This document shows, in pieces, positions 25,424-34,511 of a stretch of 38,995 nt of DNA (its first letter is position 1; each line of letters begins with the position of its first letter). Where the stretch lies: positions 1 to 38,995 of the forward strand of contig JALTNJ010000208.1 in NCBI GenBank assembly GCA_027000765.1. Reading direction: 5' to 3'. The notes beneath the pieces are model-generated. The model was not told where the DNA came from, did not search any database, and was given only the letters and a program-made list of their open reading frames with translations. The DNA comes from Nitrososphaeria archaeon. GTDB taxonomy: Archaea > Thermoproteota > Nitrososphaeria > Geothermarchaeales > JDFR-13. Made by a program: the position numbers and the translations under genes.

Positions 25424-27847
25424 ATGGAGAAGAAAAAGATTGTTTTACAGATTGAAGGCATGCATTGTGCAAATTGTGCTCTAACAATAGAGAAGAATAT
25501 TACTAAAATAGACGGTGTAGAAAAAGCCAACGTTAGCTTTGCATCTGAAAAAGCCATGATAGTTTTTGATCCTCGTAAAGTAGAGTTGAAAGAAATTGAG
25601 AGAGCTGTGGAGGAAGCAGGCTATAAAGTTGCATATGAAAAAATAAGTCTACACGTTTCTGGTCTGAAAGACCAAACTTATGCTAGCGTGTTAGAAGATA
25701 AATTAAATGAGGTTGAAGGGATTAGGAAGGTCTCTGTGAATTATGTAGCAAATCAGATTCATATTGAGTATAATCCTGCATTAATATCATTAGTAGATAT
25801 AAAGAAAATAGTCTCTGAATATGGGGTGGATGTTATCAGTGAGGAGTTTACTCTGACTCCCGAAGAGGAGCATGCAAAGAAACTAAAGAGATCAGTGTTT
25901 ATTGGACTGGGGTTATCTACGATCATCGTTTTATATAACTATCCAGAGATATTTGGATTTCTACCATATGCGAAAAGTTTGATAGCCGGTATACTGTTAA
26001 TGGTTTTAACTGGAGTGATACAGTTTTATGTAGGTCTCCCATTCTATAGAGGGGCATTAAACGCGGCTAGAATGAAGACGGCTACCATGGATACTCTAGT
26101 ATCAGTTGGCACTACAGCAGCATATCTAATGAGCGTATGGTATACGTTCCCAGTGCCTCACTGGCAATATTTATATTATGATGTTTCAGCGGTTGTAATA
26201 TCATTCGTGCTTCTTGGGAAGTATCTTGAAATGAAGACTAAGGGAAGGACTTCAGCGGTTATCAAGAAGTTGCTTGAGATCCAGCCGAAGAGAGCAAGGA
26301 TCATTTCCGATGGCGAGGAGAAAGAGGTTCCTATTGAATTAATACAAGTTGGGGACATAATGATAGTACGCCCAGGTGAGAAGATACCTACTGACGGGGT
26401 AGTTGTCGAAGGACATTCTGCAGTCGACGAGTCGATGGTAACAGGAGAGTCGATGCCCGTAGAAAAGAAAGTAGGAGATGAAGTGATCGGGGGAACAGTA
26501 AATAGAGAAGGGATACTTAAGGTTAGGGCTACAAAGGTTGGGAGCGATACATTTTTAGCTCAGGTAGTTAAGCTTGTAGAAGAGGCTATTGGCAGTAAAC
26601 CACCTATACAAAAGATGGTTGATAAGGTTGCGGGTAAATTTACTTTTATAGTAATAGGAATTGCTATTGCCACGTTTACTGTTTGGTATGGTGTCCTTGG
26701 CGTTGGCTTAGCCCGAGCGCTTATCAACACAGTTGCGGTACTTGTAGTAGCATGTCCTTGTGCATTAGGCCTTGCAACGCCCACTGCGATAATGGTCGGA
26801 ATGGGTAAGGGTGCAGAAAATGGAGTTCTAATAAAAAGCGGCGAAGCCCTAGAGACAACTGGTAAGTTGGATATCGTAGTATTCGATAAGACAGGTACCT
26901 TGACACAAGGGAAACCGAAGGTAACAGACATAAAAGTAGTTGGAAAACTTGAGGTAATGACAAACGGCGGCAGTTTAGATTCAATTGATGTCCTTAGATA
27001 TGCGGCAATAGCGGAGAGGAATTCCGAACATCCACTAGCTAAGGCAATTGTAGAGGAGGCAATGGCTCGTGCTGTAAATATAGATGAGCCAGAAGATTTC
27101 ATATCTTCTCCAGGTAAGGGAGTTAAAGCAGTGTATAATGGACATGTAATACTAGTTGGAAGCATGAGATATGTACACGAAAAAGGCGTTGAAACCGTAG
27201 AAGCAGAAGAAATTGCTAAGGAACTCATGGAGGAGGGTAAGACGGTAGTTGCCGTTGCAGTAGATAATAGAGTCATTGGATTAATAGGTATCATGGACAC
27301 GCCTCGTCCAGAGGCTGAAGAGACTATAAGGGAGTTAAGAAGGATGAACATTAAAATTGGGATGATAACTGGTGATAACGAGAGAACTGCTAAGGCAATT
27401 GGAAAGATGCTTGGAATAGATAGGGTTATGGCGAATGTACTGCCAGGTGATAAAGCTAAAGAGCTTAGGAAACTTCAGGATGAGGGTTATGTCGTTGGAA
27501 TGGTTGGAGATGGGGTAAATGACGCACCAGCATTAACACAGGCTGATGTTGGCTTTGCCATTGGAAGCGGTACAGACATTGCAATCGAGGCAGGTGATAT
27601 CATACTTATTCGCGATGACCTAAGAGACGTAGTTGCCGCTATACAGTTGAGTAGACGGACAATCAAACAAGTTAAGGAAAATCTATTCTGGGCCTTCATA
27701 TACAATACTATCCTGATACCTGTAGCAGCGTTCGGCTGGCTCTATCCAGCTTTAGCAGGAATTGCTATGGCATTAAGCTCAGTATCCGTAACATCATGGT
27801 CTTTATTGTTAAAGAGATACACCCCAGAGATAAAGAGAAGAGAATAA
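25424..27847 (+). CDS. copA: Copper-translocating P1B-type ATPase
   Basis: N-terminal HMA domain with GMHCANC, TGES, the transmembrane CPC motif ([12 protein letters not shown]), DKTGTLT, and [14 protein letters not shown] lies 7 nt upstream of the ATG. Confidence 0.95.
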   Translation: MEKKKIVLQIEGMHCANCALTIEKNITKIDGVEKANVSFASEKAMIVFDPRKVELKEIERAVEEAGYKVAYEKISLHVSGLKDQTYASVLEDKLNEVEGIRKVSVNYVANQIHIEYNPALISLVDIKKIVSEYGVDVISEEFTLTPEEEHAKKLKRSVFIGLGLSTIIVLYNYPEIFGFLPYAKSLIAGILLMVLTGVIQFYVGLPFYRGALNAARMKTATMDTLVSVGTTAAYLMSVWYTFPVPHWQYLYYDVSAVVISFVLLGKYLEMKTKGRTSAVIKKLLEIQPKRARIISDGEEKEVPIELIQVGDIMIVRPGEKIPTDGVVVEGHSAVDESMVTGESMPVEKKVGDEVIGGTVNREGILKVRATKVGSDTFLAQVVKLVEEAIGSKPPIQKMVDKVAGKFTFIVIGIAIATFTVWYGVLGVGLARALINTVAVLVVACPCALGLATPTAIMVGMGKGAENGVLIKSGEALETTGKLDIVVFDKTGTLTQGKPKVTDIKVVGKLEVMTNGGSLDSIDVLRYAAIAERNSEHPLAKAIVEEAMARAVNIDEPEDFISSPGKGVKAVYNGHVILVGSMRYVHEKGVETVEAEEIAKELMEEGKTVVAVAVDNRVIGLIGIMDTPRPEAEETIRELRRMNIKIGMITGDNERTAKAIGKMLGIDRVMANVLPGDKAKELRKLQDEGYVVGMVGDGVNDAPALTQADVGFAIGSGTDIAIEAGDIILIRDDLRDVVAAIQLSRRTIKQVKENLFWAFIYNTILIPVAAFGWLYPALAGIAMALSSVSVTSWSLLLKRYTPEIKRRE

Positions 27848-27874
27848 ACCAATTCTCCTATTTTTTATATATAT

Positions 27875-28459
27875 TTACTCTTCTTCTCGCATCCTCCTGA
27901 AGTCTCTCAGGCAAGTAGGACAACAGAAATAGAATTCTCTATTATATATTGTAAAGGTTAGAGGTGTGCTCTCAATCTCCTTTCCACAGTAGTCACACAT
28001 TAGCTTAAAGAGTAGAGACGGAATATAGTCAAAGGGGTCCTTGACGCGTTTGATAACTAGATTTGCCTCAAACGGTATATTCAATTCGACGAACTGATTC
28101 ATGACCTCCCTGAACCGCTTCATATTTGGGAAATTCGCTTTTCCCACCAAGTTTTTTTCTCCGCTTGTAATGTAGATCTCAATAAACTCATCCATATCTT
28201 TAAGTTTATTGACTAAATCCTCAAGGTTATCGGCTTTAAAACTGAACACAACCTCTATGCCCTCCACTAGACTATCATCTACAACAACAGTGAATCTCTT
28301 TATTACACCGGTATCCATAAGCTTCTTAATTCTCTTCCTAACAGTCGGCCTACTTAGATCTAGTATCTTAGCTATTTCCGATATAGATGTTCTGGAGTTC
28401 TTCTGTAATATCCTAAGTATTTCAAAATCTATTCTATCCAGCCGGCTCATCTCTAACAA
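27875..28459 (-). CDS. copR: Lrp/AsnC-type HTH regulator with C-terminal TRASH domain (CopR-like copper-responsive regulator)
   Basis: N-terminal LDRIDFEILRILQKNSRTSISEIAKILDLSRPTVRKRIKKL (HTH_AsnC). C-terminal CDYCGKEI...FYFCCPTC (TRASH). This architecture matches Sulfolobus CopR. It is convergent with copA. The Met at codon 4 is an alternative start. Confidence 0.85.
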   Translation of the reverse strand: MLEMSRLDRIDFEILRILQKNSRTSISEIAKILDLSRPTVRKRIKKLMDTGVIKRFTVVVDDSLVEGIEVVFSFKADNLEDLVNKLKDMDEFIEIYITSGEKNLVGKANFPNMKRFREVMNQFVELNIPFEANLVIKRVKDPFDYIPSLLFKLMCDYCGKEIESTPLTFTIYNREFYFCCPTCLRDFRRMREEE

Positions 28460-28462
28460 AAA

Positions 28463-28480
28463 TGATGAAATTGATGAAAT
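28463..28480. repeat. Tandem 9-bp direct repeat TGATGAAAT x2 in the copR leader/promoter
   Basis: 28463-28471 and 28472-28480 are identical. They lie 4-21 bp upstream of the longest copR start, and a further TGATGA lies at 28494. Confidence 0.6.
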
Positions 28481-28591
28481 AAAAATAATGTGCTGATGAT
28501 ACCATGAAGAATGATTTTAGTTTATTCCTAAACATAGTATATTTTTATTGTAAGCATCGGTAGTAGTTGGTTTTATTATAAGTGAGAACAT

Positions 28592-29995
28592 ATGGAGAGA
28601 AAGTTTTATGATGTAATTATAGTGGGAAGCGGAGTAGTCGGTCTTTTTATAGCTTACTCACTATCGAAATTCGACTTGGACATACTGGTCTTGGAAAAAG
28701 AGCCCGAGGTAGGCATGGGTGTAAGTAAGGGGCACGCATCTGTTATACATGTTGTTCAGCTTCCTTTCAATAGTCTTAAGAGTCGACTTGGAAGAAAGGG
28801 AAATAAAATGTATGATAAGGTTTGTAAAGAGCTTAAGGTTAGTTTGAAGCGTCTAAATACATTAATACTTGCTATGAGTCCATTTCAGTATCTTCTGATT
28901 CCAATAGTATACCTATATCTAAAGATGAAGCTAGGTAATGAATTCCCAGTTAAAGCGGTTTTTTCAAGAAAAGGAATACTGAAGATTGAGAAGAATATCA
29001 GTGAAAAAGTCCTGGGAGGAATTATTATAGGTGGATATGGGGTTATTGATAGCTTTGACTTAATGTATTCACTCTATAGATTTGCCTCTAAAAATGGTGT
29101 TGAATTCAGATTTAATTCTGAGGTCCAGCAGATTAAACTTGAAGATGATGTTGTCTCAGTGTTTACAGATAAGGATATGTTTACTGGGAGATATTTGATA
29201 AATGCAGCTGGACTACAAGGCGCTAGATTAGCGTCTATGATTGGGGATGATGTTAAGTATGAGTATGGAAAGGGAGCTATGATTATATTTTCAGATGAAG
29301 TTTCAAACAATATATTAACCGTTCTTTCACTCAAGAATGATCCTAGGACAAAGGGCGGGAGTATTACACCTACTGTCGATGGAAAAAGTTTATGGGGACC
29401 GAATCTTGTCGAGGTGAAATCAGCAACTGAAGTAAGTGTAACGGAGGAAGATATTAATAGGATACTGGATAAATTTACGCCTCTTGTTAAAGAAAAACCA
29501 CGTAAGCTTGTTAAAAGCTATGCAGGAGTAAGGCCACTGACACGGGAAAATGACTTTATAATAAAATTTAGTTCTCGAAGTAAGAGGGTTATTAACGTAA
29601 TAGGGATATGCTCCCCAGGGCTCACAGCAGCTCCAGCGATCGCCGAGGAGGTTCTAGAAATGCTTAGGCAGGCAGGGCTTAATATGAAGGAGAAGGAGGT
29701 GATTTATCCAGATAAGCCAGTATATGACAGAGACAATATTAGACGACATATATTGATGGGAGAGTATTTGATGTGCCCATGTAGCATCGTCAGTAAAGGA
29801 GATGTTAGTAGGGCTGTAGAGGATGGTGCAGTCACATTACAAGGCCTCTCCTTCAGAACTAAACTAGGGTTTGACGAATGTCTAATGACACCCGGGCTCT
29901 GGAGAGCCTTAAAACACATGGCAGAGGAACTGGGTACGACACCTGATAAGATTACATTAAAGGGTGAAGGGTCATGGATAGTAAAGAAATATTAG
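28592..29995 (+). CDS. FAD-dependent glycerol-3-phosphate dehydrogenase, GlpA-like
   Basis: DVIIVGSGVVGLFIAYSL FAD fold (DAO family) and a C-terminal BFD-like segment CPCSIVSKGDVSRAVEDG. It is the first gene of an operon that contains a glycerol kinase homologue. Confidence 0.75.
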   Translation: MERKFYDVIIVGSGVVGLFIAYSLSKFDLDILVLEKEPEVGMGVSKGHASVIHVVQLPFNSLKSRLGRKGNKMYDKVCKELKVSLKRLNTLILAMSPFQYLLIPIVYLYLKMKLGNEFPVKAVFSRKGILKIEKNISEKVLGGIIIGGYGVIDSFDLMYSLYRFASKNGVEFRFNSEVQQIKLEDDVVSVFTDKDMFTGRYLINAAGLQGARLASMIGDDVKYEYGKGAMIIFSDEVSNNILTVLSLKNDPRTKGGSITPTVDGKSLWGPNLVEVKSATEVSVTEEDINRILDKFTPLVKEKPRKLVKSYAGVRPLTRENDFIIKFSSRSKRVINVIGICSPGLTAAPAIAEEVLEMLRQAGLNMKEKEVIYPDKPVYDRDNIRRHILMGEYLMCPCSIVSKGDVSRAVEDGAVTLQGLSFRTKLGFDECLMTPGLWRALKHMAEELGTTPDKITLKGEGSWIVKKY

Positions 29996-30972
29996 TTGTA
30001 GGCGGTGGATTAGCTGGCTTATCAACAGCATATTATTTGGCTGAAATAGGTGGATTAAAAGTAAATGTAATCGAGACGCTTGACAGAGTAGGCGGATTCT
30101 TCATTTATGATGAAATATCATACGAGGGAATAATTGGTCAGGAGATAACCAGAGAATATATTGATTTAGTGAAGAACAATAACGATATAGAAGTGTTTAT
30201 GAATACTTCTGCAGTCTCTATAGAAGGGAAGTTATGCATAGCTGGGAGAGGAGAGGTGGAAACCTGGCAAGGAGAAGTTGTTGCAGCGACTGGATTTAGA
30301 TCCAAAACACCTCTTGAGCTGGGTATTTACGGATATAGACCTGCAGGCGTCTTCTCCATAAAGACAGTTATGGAAATAATCAGAGATGGATACATCCCTG
30401 GAGAGGAGATAGTTATATATGGATTAAATAGATATGTAGCTTCAGTGGCTTACAAGCTATCTAAAATAGCTGGCATAAAGTCGGTTAAAATTATATCTCC
30501 TATTGAAGAGAAAAAATTCATTGAACATCTATCAGACATTGAATTTATCAAGGGGCATATTAAATGGATAGATGGTCTAAAAAGAGTTGAGAGAGTTATT
30601 TTGGATACTAGAGAAGATGTTAAATGTGATACCTTGATAATTGGGGAAGTAACTCCATTTAACTATCTACACATTAAATATTCTGTGGGTAATGCATCTA
30701 TGATAGTATATGACCCATTGAAAATAGTAGAATTATCTAAGCTGTTCGTAGAAAACTTTATTGATCTCCTGGGCGGTGGGGAAGAGATCGTTATAGCTGA
30801 TAATGTACAGATGGCACCGAGACATGTATCTAGGAATATTAGAAGAGTAATGTCTGCATATCCTAAGGGAACGAGATTGGTTGTTAATGGAAAGGAGATC
30901 ACCCTAGATCATGACTATCAGATTCTCCGCCTCCCAGATTCTGATAAAATCGAAATTGAGGTGATAGGATAA
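29974..30972 (+). CDS. FAD/NAD(P)-binding oxidoreductase (NOX-like partner of GlpA-type dehydrogenase)
   Basis: ILVVGGGLAGLSTAYYLAE dinucleotide fold. A second Rossmann-like segment is degenerate (IVIYGLNRYVAS). It overlaps the upstream gene by 22 nt. Confidence 0.55.
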   Translation: MDSKEILVVGGGLAGLSTAYYLAEIGGLKVNVIETLDRVGGFFIYDEISYEGIIGQEITREYIDLVKNNNDIEVFMNTSAVSIEGKLCIAGRGEVETWQGEVVAATGFRSKTPLELGIYGYRPAGVFSIKTVMEIIRDGYIPGEEIVIYGLNRYVASVAYKLSKIAGIKSVKIISPIEEKKFIEHLSDIEFIKGHIKWIDGLKRVERVILDTREDVKCDTLIIGEVTPFNYLHIKYSVGNASMIVYDPLKIVELSKLFVENFIDLLGGGEEIVIADNVQMAPRHVSRNIRRVMSAYPKGTRLVVNGKEITLDHDYQILRLPDSDKIEIEVIG

Positions 30973-32384
30973 TGTATGGAGTTATTGATGTAGGGACAAC
31001 TAGCACGAAACTATATATCTATGGTAAAGATGAAAAAATAAAATACTCTACTAGAATTAGGCTTGGTTTTGAAAGAAGAAGGGGAAATTATATTGAGCAG
31101 GATAGTAACAGGCTTTGGGAGATAACAAAAGCTTTTATTAATAAGATGGAGAATGAGAGAGTTAGATATTTTGGTTTGACCACATATAGAGCCTCAGTAT
31201 TAGTATGGGACAAAGAGGGAAGGCCTCTTACCAACATTATTACATGGATCGATAGAAGAGGACTTGAAGTAAAGAAAAGTTTTCCTCTATATCTAAAGTT
31301 GCTGTCCAAGTTTCCAATGTTAAAATCTGTGCTGTCTATTGACTCCCCGGCTATGCTATATAAATGGCTTATTTGGAAAAAACCCGAGTTGAAAAAAGAG
31401 ATAGAGAAGGAAGAAGTATATTTTGGAACCCTAGATTCATATCTTACATATAGGTTAACTGGTGAATATGTAAGCGACATTACAAACGCTACTTTGACGG
31501 GGTTGATACACCCAAAGACACTTAAACCGCTATCTATTGTAAGTCGGATATTAGGAATCCCAGACTATTCCCCTAGAATCGTGGATAATGTAGAGACAAT
31601 TGGAGAGATTGGTGATATGGAATTTAACGTGCTAATAGCTGATCAGCAGGCTGCAACTGTGGCAGAGGGTTGTTTGAAGAAAGGCAGGGTAAAGATTACA
31701 AATGGTACAGGAAGCTTTGTAGACATGGTCCTAGATGGGTTTAAAATGCCTAAAGGCGGGTTAATACCGATTACGGTTGTGAAGGTTGGTGAGAAAACGG
31801 TATACGGTGTAGAAGGATTCGTTCCCTCAAGTGGCATAGTATTAGATTGGATGGTCGATAAGAATATAGTTGAGGATTATAAATCGATATGTAGCGATGA
31901 AGAGGAGGGTGAGGAAATATTTTTCCTACCAATGTTTAGAGGGCTTAGGATTCCCTACCACTTATCTGCATCGGGTGCCGTACTTGGATTAACTCTAAAT
32001 AGTAGTAGCATGGACATCGCAAGAGGATTTATAAATGGATTGGCCTTCCTTATACAAGAGATTTTAAGAGAGATGATATGGCAATTCAAGCATAGGCCAG
32101 ATGTTCTTTATTGTAATGGAGGGCTATCTCAATGTAGGCGACTTCTTCAAGCGATAGCGGATTACACGGGATACTACGTGGCTAGATCAAAGGGTGATGA
32201 TGCCACTGCACAGGGTGCCCTTAAACTTCTTGAGATAAGTAGTGGAAAGAAGAGTTTAGATGATATTAGAGAACCAGAGGAGGGAGTAATATTATATACA
32301 CCTAAACTTCCTGAAAAGGATAGAATCGAGAAGATAAAGAAATGGCGTGAAGCACTAAAGGTGGGGTTGAAATGGAGTTTATAG
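30972..32384 (+). CDS. FGGY-family carbohydrate kinase, glycerol kinase-like
   Basis: IDVGTTSTK phosphate-1 motif, ADQQAA (31638-31655) matching the GlpK GDQQAA catalytic-base motif, and CNGGLSQ near the C-terminus. At 470 aa it is shorter and more divergent than canonical GlpK. Confidence 0.7.
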   Translation: MYGVIDVGTTSTKLYIYGKDEKIKYSTRIRLGFERRRGNYIEQDSNRLWEITKAFINKMENERVRYFGLTTYRASVLVWDKEGRPLTNIITWIDRRGLEVKKSFPLYLKLLSKFPMLKSVLSIDSPAMLYKWLIWKKPELKKEIEKEEVYFGTLDSYLTYRLTGEYVSDITNATLTGLIHPKTLKPLSIVSRILGIPDYSPRIVDNVETIGEIGDMEFNVLIADQQAATVAEGCLKKGRVKITNGTGSFVDMVLDGFKMPKGGLIPITVVKVGEKTVYGVEGFVPSSGIVLDWMVDKNIVEDYKSICSDEEEGEEIFFLPMFRGLRIPYHLSASGAVLGLTLNSSSMDIARGFINGLAFLIQEILREMIWQFKHRPDVLYCNGGLSQCRRLLQAIADYTGYYVARSKGDDATAQGALKLLEISSGKKSLDDIREPEEGVILYTPKLPEKDRIEKIKKWREALKVGLKWSL

Positions 32385-33742
32385 AGAACCTTAAGAAAAA
32401 ATTTGGTGAAAAATGTTCAACTGAAAGGGAAGTTCTAAAAGTATATTGGAGAGATTATTGGCCGCTTGCTATAATGAATGAAAGCTTGGGGAAAAAAGTA
32501 AGGTATCCTATAGCTGTAATATGGCCAGAGAATACTGAGGAGGTATTGGAGGTGGTTAAACTTGCTAATAAGTATGGCTTTAAAATCGTTCCATATGGTG
32601 GGGGCTCTGGAGTAACAGGCGCTGCTTTAGGCGCTGACTCAGTTGTTATAGATCTACGGAGGATGAATAAAATAATTTCTCTAAATAAAGAAGATTTAAC
32701 GGTCACGGTAGAATCAGGAATATATCTTAAAGAATTAGAAGAGAAATTGAATAAAGAGGGATATACACTTAGACATATCCCCCAATCATATCCAGAAGCA
32801 GTTATTGGCGGATTGATATCTACTTTCAGTATAGGACAGTATAGTACTAAGTATGGGGGAATAGAGGATATTGTGTTGAACATGGAGGTAGTAACTCCTT
32901 ATGGTGAAGTTACATGGTTAAGAAAGAATACGGTTCCTCGGTCTGCTGCTGGACCAGATTTGAAAATGCTTTTTATAGGAGGGGAGGGGCAGTTTGGGAT
33001 AGTGACGAAGGCAGTTTTGAAGATCTATCCCTTGCCCAAGTATATCTGGATGAATACATACGTCTTCGAGGATTTTATTGAGGCTAACTTTGCAGTAAGA
33101 CAATTGTTGAAGACAGGCGCTATACCGGCGGTTATTAGAATATATGACAGAGAAGATTCTAATGTGAGGTTTAATATTGATGGAAACGTCATGCTGATTA
33201 TAGTGGAGAATAATAACGAGAAATTACATAACGCTACTATAGAAGTTGTCTCTGACACACTGGCATCTTCAGGAGGAGAAGAGATAGGAGATAAATATGT
33301 TGAGAAGTGGATGGAGAACCGATTTGACATAATCTCGGAAATAACCAAGTTTCTAATACCGATGAATATGTGGTTTGATACTATAGAGACGGTTGCTACT
33401 TGGAGTAACTTAGGTAAATTATATAAGGCATTTAAAAAAGAAGTTGCAGAGATTGAGGGGGTTCTACCTGTATTAGCTCATTCCTCACACTTCTATCTTA
33501 ATGGCGCATGTATCTACTTCACGATGATCTATGAGAAAAATGAAAAAGTATATTGGAATATGTGGGAGAAGGCTATGGAGGTAATATTGGATAACGGTGG
33601 CAGTATAAGTCATCACCATGGAATAGGTAGATTAAAGGGAAAGTGGATTAAAGACGAGATATTAGGAGGTTATGATATCATTAATAGGATAAAATCTGCT
33701 TTAGACACTAGAAACATCATTGGTAGCGGTGGATGGATATGA
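32372..33742 (+). CDS. FAD-linked oxidase (PCMH/GlcD superfamily), alkyl-DHAP synthase-like with HHH loop
   Basis: FAD_binding_4 region PYGGGSGVTGAA and a C-terminal SISHHHGIGRLKG (HHH at 33611-33619). This resembles the AGPS His-His-His loop rather than the GEHGxG of GlcD/D-LDH. Confidence 0.7.
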   Translation: MEFIENLKKKFGEKCSTEREVLKVYWRDYWPLAIMNESLGKKVRYPIAVIWPENTEEVLEVVKLANKYGFKIVPYGGGSGVTGAALGADSVVIDLRRMNKIISLNKEDLTVTVESGIYLKELEEKLNKEGYTLRHIPQSYPEAVIGGLISTFSIGQYSTKYGGIEDIVLNMEVVTPYGEVTWLRKNTVPRSAAGPDLKMLFIGGEGQFGIVTKAVLKIYPLPKYIWMNTYVFEDFIEANFAVRQLLKTGAIPAVIRIYDREDSNVRFNIDGNVMLIIVENNNEKLHNATIEVVSDTLASSGGEEIGDKYVEKWMENRFDIISEITKFLIPMNMWFDTIETVATWSNLGKLYKAFKKEVAEIEGVLPVLAHSSHFYLNGACIYFTMIYEKNEKVYWNMWEKAMEVILDNGGSISHHHGIGRLKGKWIKDEILGGYDIINRIKSALDTRNIIGSGGWI

Positions 33743-34494
33743 CCAACAGATATAGTTACCAGTATTATCTAAAGAGATTTCAAAACTTTAGTGAAGCACC
33801 TTGTCTTTATTGTCCAGGGAACTGCATAACATCATGTCCAACGTTCATACAGACTAGAAATACCTTGTATAGCCCCCTTGGATACATCAAATCACTGGAT
33901 ACTGCTGTGAATAACTGCCTTAAATGCTGGAGATGCACCTTTTCATGTCCAGTTGAATATCCCCTATCAATTTTAGTAGAGAGAGCCGCCGGAACATGTA
34001 TAGAAAAACGTTTTGGGTTTGTGATTATCAGAGAGGGAGAGAAATATTTGGTGGGAGAACTTGAATACGTCGATAGGATGAAAATGTTTTCAGAGAAAGT
34101 GGGCTTAGGTATAGTGGCTTTAGATTATGCCAGCTCTTTGGAGAATAGAGATATTAGTGTTAGTATGGAAAAGAAGGAAATGATTGGTTACAGTCCTGAA
34201 GCATCATTTCTTCTAGGAGTACCGCATTATAGTGAGGTTATAAGTGAATTTACTGGTAATTTGGATATTACTATTAGGCTCCACTTACCTTGCCTCCTAC
34301 TCCCCTGGGAAGATGAAATATTATCAAGTCTAGAAAAGACTGGTATTACTATTGAGGAGGTTGTAAAAGACGTTTGTATTAGGCTAGGGGACACCGGGAA
34401 TACGCTGAAAGATCTATATACTTTATGCCCCAAGGCCTTGGAGGCAGGGGCTAAATTATTGGATGATCTGCTAATTCAATTAATTGACACGTGA
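33733..34494 (+). CDS. Fe-S cluster-binding protein, truncated GlcF/GlpC-like subunit
   Basis: Two ferredoxin-type motifs: CLYCPGNCITSCP and CLKCWRCTFSCP. The C-terminal part lacks clear CCG motifs. It overlaps the FAD oxidase gene by 10 nt. Confidence 0.55.
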   Translation: MDMTNRYSYQYYLKRFQNFSEAPCLYCPGNCITSCPTFIQTRNTLYSPLGYIKSLDTAVNNCLKCWRCTFSCPVEYPLSILVERAAGTCIEKRFGFVIIREGEKYLVGELEYVDRMKMFSEKVGLGIVALDYASSLENRDISVSMEKKEMIGYSPEASFLLGVPHYSEVISEFTGNLDITIRLHLPCLLLPWEDEILSSLEKTGITIEEVVKDVCIRLGDTGNTLKDLYTLCPKALEAGAKLLDDLLIQLIDT

Positions 34495-34511
34495 TTTTCA
34501 GGTGGTTTTAA

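Noticed and set aside
28462-28496. C/D-box sRNA-like motifs: AUGAUGA, UGAUGA and CUGA in the copR/glpA intergenic region, with a similar GAUGAUGA at 17028-17035.
   Set aside because: The box order and spacing do not fit the archaeal C - 12 nt - D' - C' - 12 nt - D architecture. There is no D' between the two UGAUGA boxes and no terminal stem. At 17028 no CUGA follows at all.
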